DNA from: Escherichia coli
Lineage (GTDB): Bacteria > Pseudomonadota > Gammaproteobacteria > Enterobacterales > Enterobacteriaceae
Strand: one strand, 5' to 3'
NCBI RefSeq assembly: GCF_016026235.1
Contig: NZ_CP065613.1
Length of the DNA: 64,000 bases
Under the pieces are notes generated by a model. The model ran no database searches. It was not told where the DNA came from and was given only the letters and a program-made list of their open reading frames with translations. Position 1 is the stretch's first letter; each line of letters starts with the position of its first letter. Shown here in pieces: positions 1 to 13,679 of the stretch. The position numbers and the translations under genes were made by a program.

Positions 1-113
1 TGCGCACCAGTGTTATTCGTGGATTTAGTGCCGTAATCAAACGACGATGTGGTTTTCGTCCCCAAATCCGTACTGGATGCGCTGGCGCTGTGGGTATGCG
101 ATTTAATGCCGTC
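1..113 (-). other. Distal continuation of stf reading frame after in-frame TAG; runs off the window start
   Basis: Same frame as stf stays open for 37 codons after the TAG at 114-116 and translates [37 protein letters not shown], matching the distal part of lambda Stf as I recall it. Confidence 0.7.
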
Positions 114-2693
114 CTATTCCTGAGACAATACGGCCCGACCACTGGTAGGTTTGCCCTTAATCGTCCAGCCACGCATATCAGGGATCACGCCTGACGGATA
201 AGCCGCTGCAAGTTTCGGGTATGCAGATTTGTCAAAAGTCTGCCCCTGCATCAGGGCATAGCCAGACGGAACGGTATCTGATGGCCACGGGATTGGTGCA
301 CCGACTGGATAAAACTCTGCAGGAGGATGAGCCGAGGTGTAAAGCTGCGCCCACGGCGACCAGTTTGCGTCGGTCGTATCCCGTCGTGAACGAATAAATG
401 CCGGAGCATGAGCACCGCTTGTACCACTCCAGCCGATGAGTAACTCACCTTCGCCAACGGCTGTCATCCCTTTCAGGTGAATGATATTTCCATACGCTGT
501 TGGATATCCGTTGTTATACACCTCGTATAACTCAAGACCTGTTGCCCCCTGCGTATTGTCTGTCAGCGCGGTTACCCGACCTTTTGAAGACAGATTAACT
601 GATGATACTGCTGTTCCACCTGACGGTAACGCCCCGATCTCTGATGCCGTTGGCTTATTTCTGGAGTTATAGTCCCTTCGCCAGCCAGGTGAATAATCTG
701 TTCCGTGATTAATATAGGTAAACTGGGCGTTAGTTGTTCCACCACCAGTGGAGGTGGTCGGTGTGGTAATGCGGATCGTCATCGCTGACTTTATCCCCAT
801 TACTTCAATGACAGCTCCGGCGAGATGAATATTACCGCAGTCAGTATCAGTAATGATTTTATTATTGCCATAAGACCAGGAACCCTTGCACATCCAGTAG
901 GGATGGTTAAATGCTCCCTGAGAATCCAGCCACTCGATAAACTGTGCAGTCGTCCAGTTTCCTGTTATTGTGCTTACTGACCCACCAAAGGCACGGCAGG
1001 CACCAATATTTTTCGTAAAGGTGTCTTTGCCAGGGATATCCGCACCGTTCTGATCTTTCTGCAGACGTTTCTCAGCATTGTCATAGGCTGTTTTTACTGC
1101 CTTTGGTGTCGCGGCAAGCGTTTCAGACGTGCTGTTGGTCGCGCTGCTTAGCTGGATTATCCCTTTCTGTGCTGTCGTTGCATCCTGTGCGGTGTATTTC
1201 CCGTTAGCCAGGTCATACGCGGCCTTAACGGCTTTTGGTGTTGCCGCCAGTGACTCGGAAGTGCTGTTAGTCGCACTACTGAGCTGTACTATCCCCTTTT
1301 TCGTCGTGCTCGCATCCTCAAGCGCCACAGCGGATGCAATATCCTCTGCCCGTTTTGCTGCTGTCTCGGCGCGCGTTGCTGCGGATTCTGCCGTACTCTT
1401 GCTCTGTGCTGCCGCCGTCGCACTGCCAGCAGCCTCTGTTGCCTTCGTGGATGCCGTCGTGGCGCTGCCCTTCGCTGCTGACGCTTGTCTGGTCGCCTCA
1501 TCTTTTGAAGCAGACGCCGATGAGGCCGATGACGCCGCCGAACTGGCGGACGATGCGGCAGCCGTTTTTGAGGATTCTGCGCTGGTTTCCGACGCTTTCG
1601 CGTTCGTTTCGGATGTCTTCGCTGCGGAAGCTGACCTCGCTGCTGCGCTGGCCTGTTCAGTGGCTTCGCCAGCCTTCGTTGTGGCTGTTGAAGCGGATGA
1701 TGCGGCGCTTTCTGCCGATTTTCCGGCGGCGATGGCACTGGCTGAGGCCTGCCCGGCACTTGTTGACGCGGCACTGGCAGACGACGCAGCCGCTGTTTTT
1801 GAGCCTGCCGCAGCTGAGGCGCTCTGTCCCGCTGCCGTCTCAGAAGACCTGGCGTTCGTCTCGGACGTTTTTGCCGCCTTCGCGGAATTTGCTGCCGCCG
1901 TTGCCGAGGAAGCTGCGCTACTGGCGCTCGAGGATGCGTTCGTTTCTGATGATTTTGCCGCCTCTTTTGAAGCCGACGCATCCTGGGCTGAGGTGGCAGC
2001 TTCTGACGCTTTCGTAGTCGCGGTGGATGCAGAAGTGGCTGCTGATTGTTGTGACGCTGCAGCATTCGTTTCTGACGTTTTCGCGGCACTGGCACTGGTA
2101 GCTGCCGCGCTTTTTGAGGACTCTGCAGCGGCAGCACTTTTTGATGCTTCAGTGGCCTTTGCTGATGCCGTTCCTGCGCTGGAAGACGCTGACTGAGCCG
2201 ACGACGCGGCCTGTCCGGCTGACGTGCTGGCTGCGCGTGCTAAGCCTGCAGCATCAGTTGCATGGGTTGCCGCCTCACGGGCTGATGTGCCGGCATCGCT
2301 GGCTGACTTCTTCGCGGCTGCTGTGTTCTGTGCCACCGCGGACGCGTTACGCGCCACCTCTTCCACCATCAGTTCAAAACGTCGCAGTGCCTCCGGACGG
2401 GCATCATCCTCCGTCATGGCACCGAGAAAATCATTCAGCGTACCGGGTTGAGAATCTTCATACACGGTGATGGTCCCGGCATGTGACGGCGGGAATCCTT
2501 CCACCAACAGAATAACGCTGTACTGACCGTACTCAACGTCCATGCTGTAACGCCCGGCTTCATCCGGATTTTCTGAGGCCAGCGTGTTCACCACCACCGC
2601 GGTGCTGTTACGTTTTGCTTTCAGCTGGATTGTGCAGTTCTGTACCGGTTTTCCTGTGCCGTCTTTCAGTACACCTGAAATCTTTACTGCCAT
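114..2693 (-). CDS. stf: Side tail fibre protein (lambda Stf / StfR-like), ending at an in-frame amber codon
   Basis: ORF 114..2735; likely start at the internal Met ([27 protein letters not shown]), which matches the lambda Stf N-terminus; long Ala/Ser/Thr-rich repeat region and conserved [41 protein letters not shown] block. Confidence 0.9.
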   Translation of the reverse strand: MAVKISGVLKDGTGKPVQNCTIQLKAKRNSTAVVVNTLASENPDEAGRYSMDVEYGQYSVILLVEGFPPSHAGTITVYEDSQPGTLNDFLGAMTEDDARPEALRRFELMVEEVARNASAVAQNTAAAKKSASDAGTSAREAATHATDAAGLARAASTSAGQAASSAQSASSSAGTASAKATEASKSAAAAESSKSAAATSASAAKTSETNAAASQQSAATSASTATTKASEAATSAQDASASKEAAKSSETNASSSASSAASSATAAANSAKAAKTSETNARSSETAAGQSASAAAGSKTAAASSASAASTSAGQASASAIAAGKSAESAASSASTATTKAGEATEQASAAARSASAAKTSETNAKASETSAESSKTAAASSASSAASSASSASASKDEATRQASAAKGSATTASTKATEAAGSATAAAQSKSTAESAATRAETAAKRAEDIASAVALEDASTTKKGIVQLSSATNSTSESLAATPKAVKAAYDLANGKYTAQDATTAQKGIIQLSSATNSTSETLAATPKAVKTAYDNAEKRLQKDQNGADIPGKDTFTKNIGACRAFGGSVSTITGNWTTAQFIEWLDSQGAFNHPYWMCKGSWSYGNNKIITDTDCGNIHLAGAVIEVMGIKSAMTIRITTPTTSTGGGTTNAQFTYINHGTDYSPGWRRDYNSRNKPTASEIGALPSGGTAVSSVNLSSKGRVTALTDNTQGATGLELYEVYNNGYPTAYGNIIHLKGMTAVGEGELLIGWSGTSGAHAPAFIRSRRDTTDANWSPWAQLYTSAHPPAEFYPVGAPIPWPSDTVPSGYALMQGQTFDKSAYPKLAAAYPSGVIPDMRGWTIKGKPTSGRAVLSQE
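1150..2200 (-). repeat. Degenerate tandem coding repeats (AAKTSETNA...-type) inside stf
   Basis: Repeated [16 protein letters not shown] motifs in the translation; the GC-rich low-complexity DNA produces long overlapping shadow ORFs in other frames. Confidence 0.6.
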
Positions 2694-2756
2694 ATTCACC
2701 CCACAAAAAGCCCGCCTGAACCAGCGGGCTGTCATAACACTGTGTTACCTGGCTAA

Positions 2757-3356
2757 TCAGAACTTATAACCGACACCCACGATGAAACCGTCAGTGCGCC
2801 AGTCGCCACTGCCGGAACCTTCATAAGCAAGGTCAATGGCCACGGATTCGGTCGGGTTAAACTGCACGCCAGCTCCCCACGCCAGAGACGTGTTGCTGTG
2901 GCGACCGTCATCACTTCCGGTCAGCACGTCGTGCGTTTTCCCCTTGTTGTCAGTTACGCGGAGATAATCCCCGGAGAAAGTCGACACACGGCTGTAAGCC
3001 ATACCCGCCATCGCATACGCGCTGAACCATTCATTCACGCGCACAGACGGCCCCACCATCACGCTGAACCAGCGGTTACGCACGGAATCTTCATGCCAGC
3101 GGGTATCGCTGTAACGGGTAAGCTGGCGATTCTTGTCTCCTGCATAGCTGAATGACGTCACCAGCCCCAGTGTGTCCGTAAACTCATAACGGTATTTCAC
3201 GTTAATCCCGTTAAGATCATCGCTGCCGGGAACGTTCGTCGAGGCATGAAGATACCCCGCGCTCAGCGTGGACTGATGTTCAGATGCCCATGCAGGCGCA
3301 CCGGATACGGCCAGACAAATGGCTGCGGACAAAATGGCGGCATAAAGTTTACGCAT
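2757..3356 (-). CDS. lom: Outer membrane protein Lom (Ail/Lom/PagC family), prophage moron
   Basis: 199 aa with signal peptide; C-terminus [23 protein letters not shown] matches lambda Lom; located between J and stf as in lambda. Confidence 0.9.
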
Positions 3357-3425
3357 AATTACCTCTCGCTTTTCTGCAATAAAAAAGGCACCATTTCTGG
3401 TGCCCTTATATGGGTTATAACAATT

Positions 3426-6838
<3,413 letters not shown>

Positions 6839-6895
6839 TCACGCTCCATAAACGACAAAACCGCCCGGAGGCGGTTTCACATAAAACGTTTTTCA

Positions 6896-7543
6896 TCAGC
6901 GACCAATCACCACAACCTGACCACCATCCCCTTCGTCTGCCGTGCGGATCTCCTGAGAGACCACCCGCGACCCCACGCGCATTTCACCGTACAGAACGGG
7001 CAGAACATTGCCCTGGGCAACCATGTTATCCAGTGAGGAGAAATAGGTGTTCTGTTTGCCGTTATCTGTACTTGCTGCCGTGGGCGTCCTGGCTTTCGGT
7101 GCCAGCATCTGCGCCACTCCGCCCAGGATCATACTGGCCCCTGCCGCATACATGCCCGATACAGCCGCGGCACCCAGCCAGCCCACAGGGTTCCACCATG
7201 CCACCGCAATCAGCGCCACCCCCAGCACCACCTGAAACACACTGCCACTTTTAGCTCCCGCCAGACGCGGCACGATGTGGATCACGGCACCATTTGCCAG
7301 CGGCTCATTAAGACGGGCAGACAATTCGGTTTCACCTGCATCACGCCCGGCAATGCGTACCTGGTACCAGCCGTCGCTCAGTTTCTGACGAAACGCCGGG
7401 ATCTGCATGGCCAGCGCCCGGATGGCTTCGGACCCCGTTTTCACTCGAAGGTCGATGCGGCGGCCAAATCGTTGTAAATCCCCGTAAAGGCAGATGCGTG
7501 CCATGCCCGGTGACGCCAGAGGGAGTGTGTGCGTCGCTGCCAT
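6896..7543 (-). CDS. I: Tail assembly protein I (lambda gpI-like); true start probably an internal Met
   Basis: Position between K and J; C-terminal hydrophobic segment; the annotated start overlaps K by about 100 bp. Confidence 0.75.
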   Translation of the reverse strand: MAATHTLPLASPGMARICLYGDLQRFGRRIDLRVKTGSEAIRALAMQIPAFRQKLSDGWYQVRIAGRDAGETELSARLNEPLANGAVIHIVPRLAGAKSGSVFQVVLGVALIAVAWWNPVGWLGAAAVSGMYAAGASMILGGVAQMLAPKARTPTAASTDNGKQNTYFSSLDNMVAQGNVLPVLYGEMRVGSRVVSQEIRTADEGDGGQVVVIGR

Positions 7544-8193
7544 TTGTCGGTGTACCTCTCTCGTTTGCTCAGTTGTTCAGGAATATGGTGCAGCAGCTCG
7601 CCGTCACCACAGTAAATGGCGGCATGATTCGGCACCGATGAACCAAAACAGCACAGCAGCACATCGCCCGGCTGCGCCGCTGACAACGGCACCTGATACA
7701 GCCCTGTGGCCTCCAGATTATCCAGATAGAGATTCTGACCGTTACGCCACCAGTCATCCTCGCGATGAAAATCCGGCATCTCAATCCCCGCCAGATGGTA
7801 AGCATCCCGGAACAGCGTGTAACAGTCCGTCACCCCGTGCTCAAAGCGCCGCCCGGAAAGATGTGGCACACAGCGGAACTTGTGAATCGCCCCCCGGCAA
7901 ACCAGCCACCACGGCAAATCACTCTGCACCTGCAGCCGCCGGTCGGTCTCACTCAGCCAGGGCAGACCACCGGGGTGGCTGTGGACCAGCGCCACAATCT
8001 CACCCTGCATCTCTGCCCGCAGCCAGTCCTCCGGCGACATCCGGAAATACTCCTCCGGCTCACCGGAGATATTCACGCAGGGAAAATATCTTTCCCCCTC
8101 CGGTGTTCTCACCACGAAGCCGCACGACTCCGCTGGCGCACATCGCCGGGCGTGCGCCAGAATCGCTGATTCTGTCTCTGTCATGGGATTCAC
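7441..8193 (-). CDS. K: Tail assembly protein K (JAB/MPN + NlpC/P60 domains)
   Basis: HSHPGG JAMM-type motif and downstream Cys/His peptidase region; start overlaps the L stop by 4 bp. Confidence 0.8.
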   Translation of the reverse strand: MNPMTETESAILAHARRCAPAESCGFVVRTPEGERYFPCVNISGEPEEYFRMSPEDWLRAEMQGEIVALVHSHPGGLPWLSETDRRLQVQSDLPWWLVCRGAIHKFRCVPHLSGRRFEHGVTDCYTLFRDAYHLAGIEMPDFHREDDWWRNGQNLYLDNLEATGLYQVPLSAAQPGDVLLCCFGSSVPNHAAIYCGDGELLHHIPEQLSKRERYTDKWQRRTHSLWRHRAWHASAFTGIYNDLAAASTFE

Positions 8194-8888
8194 TGCGAAA
8201 GTTTGTTAATGGAAAGGAAGCCGCCAAAGTTGCCGACGTTATTGCGAAACTTACAGCCGCTCAGGCATTTGCTGCATTTATCCTTCGTGATATCGGAGGT
8301 CGGCTGGTCATATTCATCCGCGACCGCCGGACCGTGATAACCGCACTCATCACCGCGATAGGTCCAGGTGCAGGTATTAGCCAGCATGATGCGCCCCGGA
8401 AAAACAGCGCCGTCCGTTTCCGTCGGCGTGGACAGTACAAAAGAGGCACTCACCGCGCTCAGTTCGCTGCACTGCTCGATGCGCCAGCGGCTGATCACCT
8501 CCTGCTCCGGATCGGCGTCACTGTTTCCGTTGACGAAGTTCACCGCATCCAGAAAACGGGCGTAAACCTTACGCCGGACCACCGTTCCTCCGACCAGACT
8601 CTGCAGGTCTTCCGCCATCCCGGTGACCATGCCGTGCAGGTTAGAAACCGTCAGTGTCGGACGGGCAGCACTGCCTTTGCCGTTCAGTTCAAATCCCGTC
8701 CCCTGAATGGGATACGCCTGATACTGTCGCCTCTGCCAGGTGACCGGCTCACCTTTATCGTTCTGCTCATTACAGAAAAAATAACGCTCACCACCGACCT
8801 CTGTCAGATCGATTTCCCAGAGCTCCACCCGGACTGACTGCTCCGCACGGGTGCATTCATTCAGTGTTTCCTGCCGGATATCCTGCAT
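8190..8888 (-). CDS. L: Minor tail protein L
   Basis: 232 aa, same length and position as lambda gpL; Cys-rich C-terminus. Confidence 0.85.
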   Translation of the reverse strand: MQDIRQETLNECTRAEQSVRVELWEIDLTEVGGERYFFCNEQNDKGEPVTWQRRQYQAYPIQGTGFELNGKGSAARPTLTVSNLHGMVTGMAEDLQSLVGGTVVRRKVYARFLDAVNFVNGNSDADPEQEVISRWRIEQCSELSAVSASFVLSTPTETDGAVFPGRIMLANTCTWTYRGDECGYHGPAVADEYDQPTSDITKDKCSKCLSGCKFRNNVGNFGGFLSINKLSQ

Positions 8889-9217
8889 CAGTTCACCACC
8901 TGTTCAAAATCGGCCGTTACAGTCACCCATAACGCCCCCACGCTTGCCGACCATTTACGACAAACCACCCTGATCGGTTTCCAGTCATAAGGTGGCGTCC
9001 ACTGAAATGCGCGGACGCCACCGTGCCGTTCCAGAAAGGCTTTTAAAGATGGGTGTTCACATTTACGAACACGTATCGTCACGCTGTAAATCGACAACTG
9101 GTTATTCAGTCCCGCCGCACGACGCTGTTCATAACCATCGCCCAGCTTCACTGTCACCACTTTCGGCTCTGATACCACATTCATATCCGGGCGCACTTTC
9201 CAGTGAAACGTCTCCAT
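8888..9217 (-). CDS. M: Minor tail protein M
   Basis: 109 aa, same length and position as lambda gpM. Confidence 0.85.
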   Translation of the reverse strand: METFHWKVRPDMNVVSEPKVVTVKLGDGYEQRRAAGLNNQLSIYSVTIRVRKCEHPSLKAFLERHGGVRAFQWTPPYDWKPIRVVCRKWSASVGALWVTVTADFEQVVN

Positions 9218-12200
9218 TACCGATATGCTCCACTTAACCGACCACCATCACGGGCCTGCTGTTGCATAAAGTCCGCTGCCGCTTTTTTCCCAAGGTCATA
9301 AACCACCTTCAGGGCAGCCGGACCTATCTGCCCGTTCGTGCCATCGTTATTGATCTCGATGTTGTACTGCGGGGCAAACATCGCCATACCTGAACCACCA
9401 ATATCCGCCACAACCCCCAGCTTACCGTCAGCACCACGACGCAGTGGCAGAATGGCTTCAGGTCCAGCTTCCCCCATCACACCCGCGCCTTTTGCAAAAG
9501 CAAAAAACGTCGGACGGTTAACCACCGTGCCACTGTAACGACTCAAATCAGCAGACTGATAAATCCCCCCATTGGCATTCAGGGAAAGGCTGCTGAGATC
9601 AAATCCCAGTACACTGCCAATCCCTTTTATCGATTTCATCATGGTTGCCTGCGCCAGGATTTTCGCCATATCTGACAGCACCGAAGAGGTGAAGGATTTG
9701 AAGTTGAGTTTGCCGGTAGTGACAAAAGTTGCCAGGCCATTTCCCATGTTGCTGAAGGCTGATGAGAACACCTGTTCTGCTGTTCCTGCCGTATTGTCTG
9801 CATCCACGGTAAAATCCTGAAATGCACGCAGGACTCCGTTTTTCCAGTTACCCTGCACAACTTCAAGCTGTTGCCAGTAACGGCGATTCTCATTCAGTTG
9901 TCGGTTCAGGCTCTCCGTCAGCGCCTGCTCGGCCTTTCTGTAGTCATCCGTGTTATATGTCCCTTTCTGCTCACTATCCCGCCTCAACTGCTCCAGCTGT
10001 TGCTGGTATTTCTGGCGAAGACTCAGTTGTACCTGATATCGCTGCCGCTGCTGATCACCCATACCCACCGTGGCGATATCCAGGTCATGTTGCTGACGCT
10101 GAGCGCGCTCTTCTTCAGCCAGTTGACTGGTCAGCTGAATTGTTTTTTTCTTCAGATCGTTGAGTGCCGTTTGTTTCTGAAGCTCCTGCTGTTTTACATC
10201 CAGCAGCGTCAGTGCCTGAATCAGCTCATTCTTACGGGCCAGCACACTCTTTTCATCTGCCGTCAGCTTTTTCCCGTCCAGGTCGCTGATGCGCTGCTGC
10301 AGGGCCAGAAGCTGTTTATGCGCTTCAGTCATCCTTTCAGTGGCAATGCCTGCTGACTGTCTTGCAGCAGCAATCTGTCCTTCCACCTGTGCCTGTTGCT
10401 GACTGTACTGCAGCAATAACCGGGTGGCCTCATCATTACGGGTTTCGCGTGTTTTTTTCTTACCGGATGCCAGGGCTTTCTCGTAACGTTCATTTTCACG
10501 TTGTATCGCCGCATCCCTGACAGCCTGGTCGGCGTACTGCATGGCATTAATACGCGCAATTTCACGCTGATGTCGTGCTGCTTCCGTTTCATTCATCCGG
10601 TTCAGTGCAGCATTTTCAGCATTACGTCGTTTCTGTTGCTCCTGATAATTCCGCTCTGCCTGCTCTTTTGCATCCTGCAAATCCTTCTGGCGTTTTTTCT
10701 CCTGAAGATCGTTAAGACGCTGCTGATCGTATTCAACCTGAGAAGATGATGCCGTCCAGGGGAGTCTTTTCGCCCGCGACACTTTCTCCTGTAAAGCGGT
10801 AATCTGTTCATCCAGCGAGTCTTCACGACCAATATTCATGGCCGCATCCCAGAAACGACTCCACAAATCAGACAGATACTTCAGCGTACTGCCAAGCGCA
10901 TTGAGGTTATTATCAATATCCGCAGTACGCCGACCGGTTTCCTCTGCCAGTGCAGACATGGCTATCCGTGCAGCATCACTGGACCGTCCCTGATCCCCAA
11001 GGACACGTATCTGCTCAAGCTGAGTGGCAGTAAGAAAATGCAGCTCATTGTCCAGAGCCTTCGCGGCATTTACAGGATCATCCTTCAGCCGCTTAAACTG
11101 ATTTATGGTATCGCTGACCGACTGGCCAACCGATCGCTCCATCTGTGCGGCAGCTCTCGCCACCATACCGATATCGTTTCCACGAAATGCACCACTCCCC
11201 ACCACCTGCGCCAACGCACCGGCTGCAGCATGTTGCGTGATACCATTCCCGGAAATAGCACGACTGAGCGTCCACAGCTGCCCGGCAGTGACTCCGGCAT
11301 AATGCCCCGTCAGCGACAACTGGCGGTTAAATTCTTCCCCCTCCTTCTGACCGTCATACCAGGCTTTACCCAGACCATAGACGGCCGCGGCAATACCGCC
11401 AATAACCCCGCCAAGCATCATGCCTTTCGGTGACATCAGTGCGCCTGTCCATCCGGCACGGTTAGCCAGCGTTATCCCGGATCCCCTCAGCGCCCCTAAA
11501 TTGCCGCGGGCCAGTTCACCTATCAGAACGCCTATCTCCTGGCGGGCTGCTGCACTTTTCAGACCCAGCGAATGCGTGGCTTTTCCTGCCTGCTCCATTT
11601 TGCGGATATACACTTCTGCAGCACTGCTTACCCCCAGCTGGGCTGCCCTGGCGCGAAGCAACTCAGAAGATGAAAGATTCTGGCGGGTTGCCTGCTCTTT
11701 AAGCTGACGGATAAACGCCACTTTCTGTCGGGTAGCCTCTTCCTCAGCCTGTGTAAGAACACGGGTTTTCGCAGTAACCTCAGAAATCAGCGCCAGATAA
11801 TCCTGCTGACCAATCCCGCCACTGTTTCTGGCCTGTCGGATCTGCTGCTGAATACGCTGTAATTCCTGCAGCCCCGCACTGGCCTGTTTCACACTGTCAA
11901 TCTGACGATAAAACGCAGCAGCCGCTTTATCCTGAGCCTCCGCCAGAGCCATGGCCTGCGCCTGTTCCTCGCGCATTTTCTGGCTCAGCGCCTCCATGCG
12001 CTGGCGGGTTTTCTCCACCTCGCGGGCCATGCGTTCATGAGCCTGTGCGTTCTTCTCCACCGTCTGCGCATGGACGGATGCGGCTGTTGCAGCCGAAGAA
12101 GCCGCCTGCGTTGTCTGCCGGGCGGCCTGAGTCTGACGCTCCATAAAACGCTGCATACGGGCAGAAGACCGTTCTGCATCGCTGGCTGCACCATTCAGAA

Positions 12201-12312
12201 GGTTTTTGATACGGGGAATTTCATTTTTAAACTCTGCCGCATCAATCCCCAAATCAATGACCAGGTTGGCTATCTGGTCCATAACGCACACCTCCGGAAA
12301 TACCTTCCCCAA
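9217..12312 (-). CDS. H: Tail tape measure protein H (start possibly at 12282)
   Basis: About 1030 aa, coiled-coil-rich, Gly-rich C-terminal part ending NNDGTNGQIGPAALKVVYDLGKKAA... similar to lambda gpH. Confidence 0.9.
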   Translation of the reverse strand: MGKVFPEVCVMDQIANLVIDLGIDAAEFKNEIPRIKNLLNGAASDAERSSARMQRFMERQTQAARQTTQAASSAATAASVHAQTVEKNAQAHERMAREVEKTRQRMEALSQKMREEQAQAMALAEAQDKAAAAFYRQIDSVKQASAGLQELQRIQQQIRQARNSGGIGQQDYLALISEVTAKTRVLTQAEEEATRQKVAFIRQLKEQATRQNLSSSELLRARAAQLGVSSAAEVYIRKMEQAGKATHSLGLKSAAARQEIGVLIGELARGNLGALRGSGITLANRAGWTGALMSPKGMMLGGVIGGIAAAVYGLGKAWYDGQKEGEEFNRQLSLTGHYAGVTAGQLWTLSRAISGNGITQHAAAGALAQVVGSGAFRGNDIGMVARAAAQMERSVGQSVSDTINQFKRLKDDPVNAAKALDNELHFLTATQLEQIRVLGDQGRSSDAARIAMSALAEETGRRTADIDNNLNALGSTLKYLSDLWSRFWDAAMNIGREDSLDEQITALQEKVSRAKRLPWTASSSQVEYDQQRLNDLQEKKRQKDLQDAKEQAERNYQEQQKRRNAENAALNRMNETEAARHQREIARINAMQYADQAVRDAAIQRENERYEKALASGKKKTRETRNDEATRLLLQYSQQQAQVEGQIAAARQSAGIATERMTEAHKQLLALQQRISDLDGKKLTADEKSVLARKNELIQALTLLDVKQQELQKQTALNDLKKKTIQLTSQLAEEERAQRQQHDLDIATVGMGDQQRQRYQVQLSLRQKYQQQLEQLRRDSEQKGTYNTDDYRKAEQALTESLNRQLNENRRYWQQLEVVQGNWKNGVLRAFQDFTVDADNTAGTAEQVFSSAFSNMGNGLATFVTTGKLNFKSFTSSVLSDMAKILAQATMMKSIKGIGSVLGFDLSSLSLNANGGIYQSADLSRYSGTVVNRPTFFAFAKGAGVMGEAGPEAILPLRRGADGKLGVVADIGGSGMAMFAPQYNIEINNDGTNGQIGPAALKVVYDLGKKAAADFMQQQARDGGRLSGAYR

Positions 12313-12978
12313 GATGCATCAGTTCTTCGTCCGTTCGCTCCGGTATCCCGTTCTCTTCCGGTAAAAGGCTGAAATCAGCCACCGCAGCATCACTGCTGCC
12401 GGACACCATTCTCACGATCAATGCCTTCAGCGAGGCAAACTGCGCATCCATCCACACATCACTGAAGCTCTGCATCCGGAAATAATCGCCCCACTCACCA
12501 AGCTCAGTGGCCGACATTTCCGACAGCATCCGCCGCCAGTCTGCCCGCCTGAACTCCCGGGCAAGCCGCATGACAAACTGCATTTCCCGCGTCAGGACTT
12601 TTCCGGCGTCAGCACCTCATGCTCCAAATCCCCGGCATTCTCAATGGCTCCCATACCGCTCAGCGACAGAACCATCTCCGCCCCCGCTCCCAGGGCATCA
12701 TACGACCATGTTGTAATAACGGATGCGCAAAGCGTCTCAACATCCTGAGACTGTTCCGCATTCCACAGTGAGCGGGAAACCAGCCAGGCATTGATATCCA
12801 TCCCCATCCGTAGAAAAGCAATCTGTCGTTCAGCCTCCGGCAGTTCTCCCTCTTCGGCATCAAACTTTGCCGTTCGCTGCTGAACAAACGCCAGATATTC
12901 AATTCTCTGCAGCCCGGACAGCTCACTGAGCACCACGGACTGCTTTTCATAATTAAACGTGCCCTGTTTCAGAAACAT
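12254..12978 (-). CDS. Tail assembly chaperone G-T, expected to be made by -1 frameshifting near the G stop
   Basis: The -1 frame is open across the G stop (…AGKVLTREMQFVMRLAREF…) and continues as ORF 12254..12583. Confidence 0.6.
12592..12978 (-). CDS. G: Tail assembly chaperone G
   Basis: Starts MFLKQGTFNYEK like lambda gpG (MFLK...); lies immediately upstream of H. Confidence 0.8.
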   Translation of the reverse strand: MFLKQGTFNYEKQSVVLSELSGLQRIEYLAFVQQRTAKFDAEEGELPEAERQIAFLRMGMDINAWLVSRSLWNAEQSQDVETLCASVITTWSYDALGAGAEMVLSLSGMGAIENAGDLEHEVLTPEKS

Positions 12979-13037
12979 CATGTTCTCCGGATGCAAAAAG
13001 CCCCGGATAACCGGGGCAAATGATGAGTATCGTCCTG

Positions 13038-13669
13038 TTAACCTGCGGCGCTGACAGCCACCGTAGCCACTGCCACAAAATCGCCGTCAGAAGTCATGCC
13101 CACAATGCTGACACTGCCCTGCTTCACGCCTTTCACCGTGGCAGTCTGTGGATCTGTCGAATGCACACTGATCGCTTTGTCACTGGCTCCGTCAGGTTTT
13201 ACTGTAAAGGTCAGCGTGGTGGTTGCTCCCGCTTTGACACTGGCAGATGCCGGTGCCATCGTCAGCCCGGTAACGCCCACGATTTCAGTGCCTTCCTCTG
13301 CCAGATACGGAAAACATCAACAGTACCGTTGGGATATTTGATACGAAAAGCGCAGACTTCACCGGAGTCGAACAACTGAACCAGTTTTTTCTGCCCGCTG
13401 TCCCCCGGACGCCAGGCCAGCGTCGCCGAAGTATCACCGACTGATTTCTGCCCCTGGGTTGTCGTTTTCCAGTCTGCATCTTCATCATCGAGATAAGTGT
13501 CATCTTCTGCATCAGCGGTCATTTCGCCAGGTTGCAGATCCTTCACCATCGCAAGACGCAGCCAGTCAGTGTCCGATAAAGGGTTCGCAAACGCATCGCC
13601 CTTGCCGGTATACATCCAGAACGTCGTTCCCGCACCTTTCGTTTTTGCCAGTGGATTTGGTGTGGTCAT
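13038..13669 (-). CDS. V: Major tail protein V, split into two overlapping frames (13262..13669 and 13038..13280)
   Basis: N-terminal part [20 protein letters not shown]...NGTVDVFR resembles lambda gpV; the Ig-like C-terminal domain ([24 protein letters not shown]...) is in another frame. Confidence 0.8.
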
Positions 13670-13679
13670 TACCACCTCC

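Noticed and set aside
1129-2196. Long plus-strand ORF (355 aa) and overlapping ORFs 1289..2137 and 1334..2017 inside stf
   Set aside because: They are Ala/Leu- or Arg/Pro/Gln-rich low-complexity translations of the stf repeat region in other frames; shadow ORFs with no start context or recognisable fold.
7494-8837. 447-aa plus-strand ORF antisense to K and L
   Set aside because: Pro/Arg/Ala-rich low-complexity translation overlapping two conserved tail genes; no independent support.
9871-10356. 161-aa plus-strand ORF inside the tape-measure gene, with Leu/Gln-rich repeats
   Set aside because: Reverse-frame echo of the coiled-coil repeats of H; not an independent gene.
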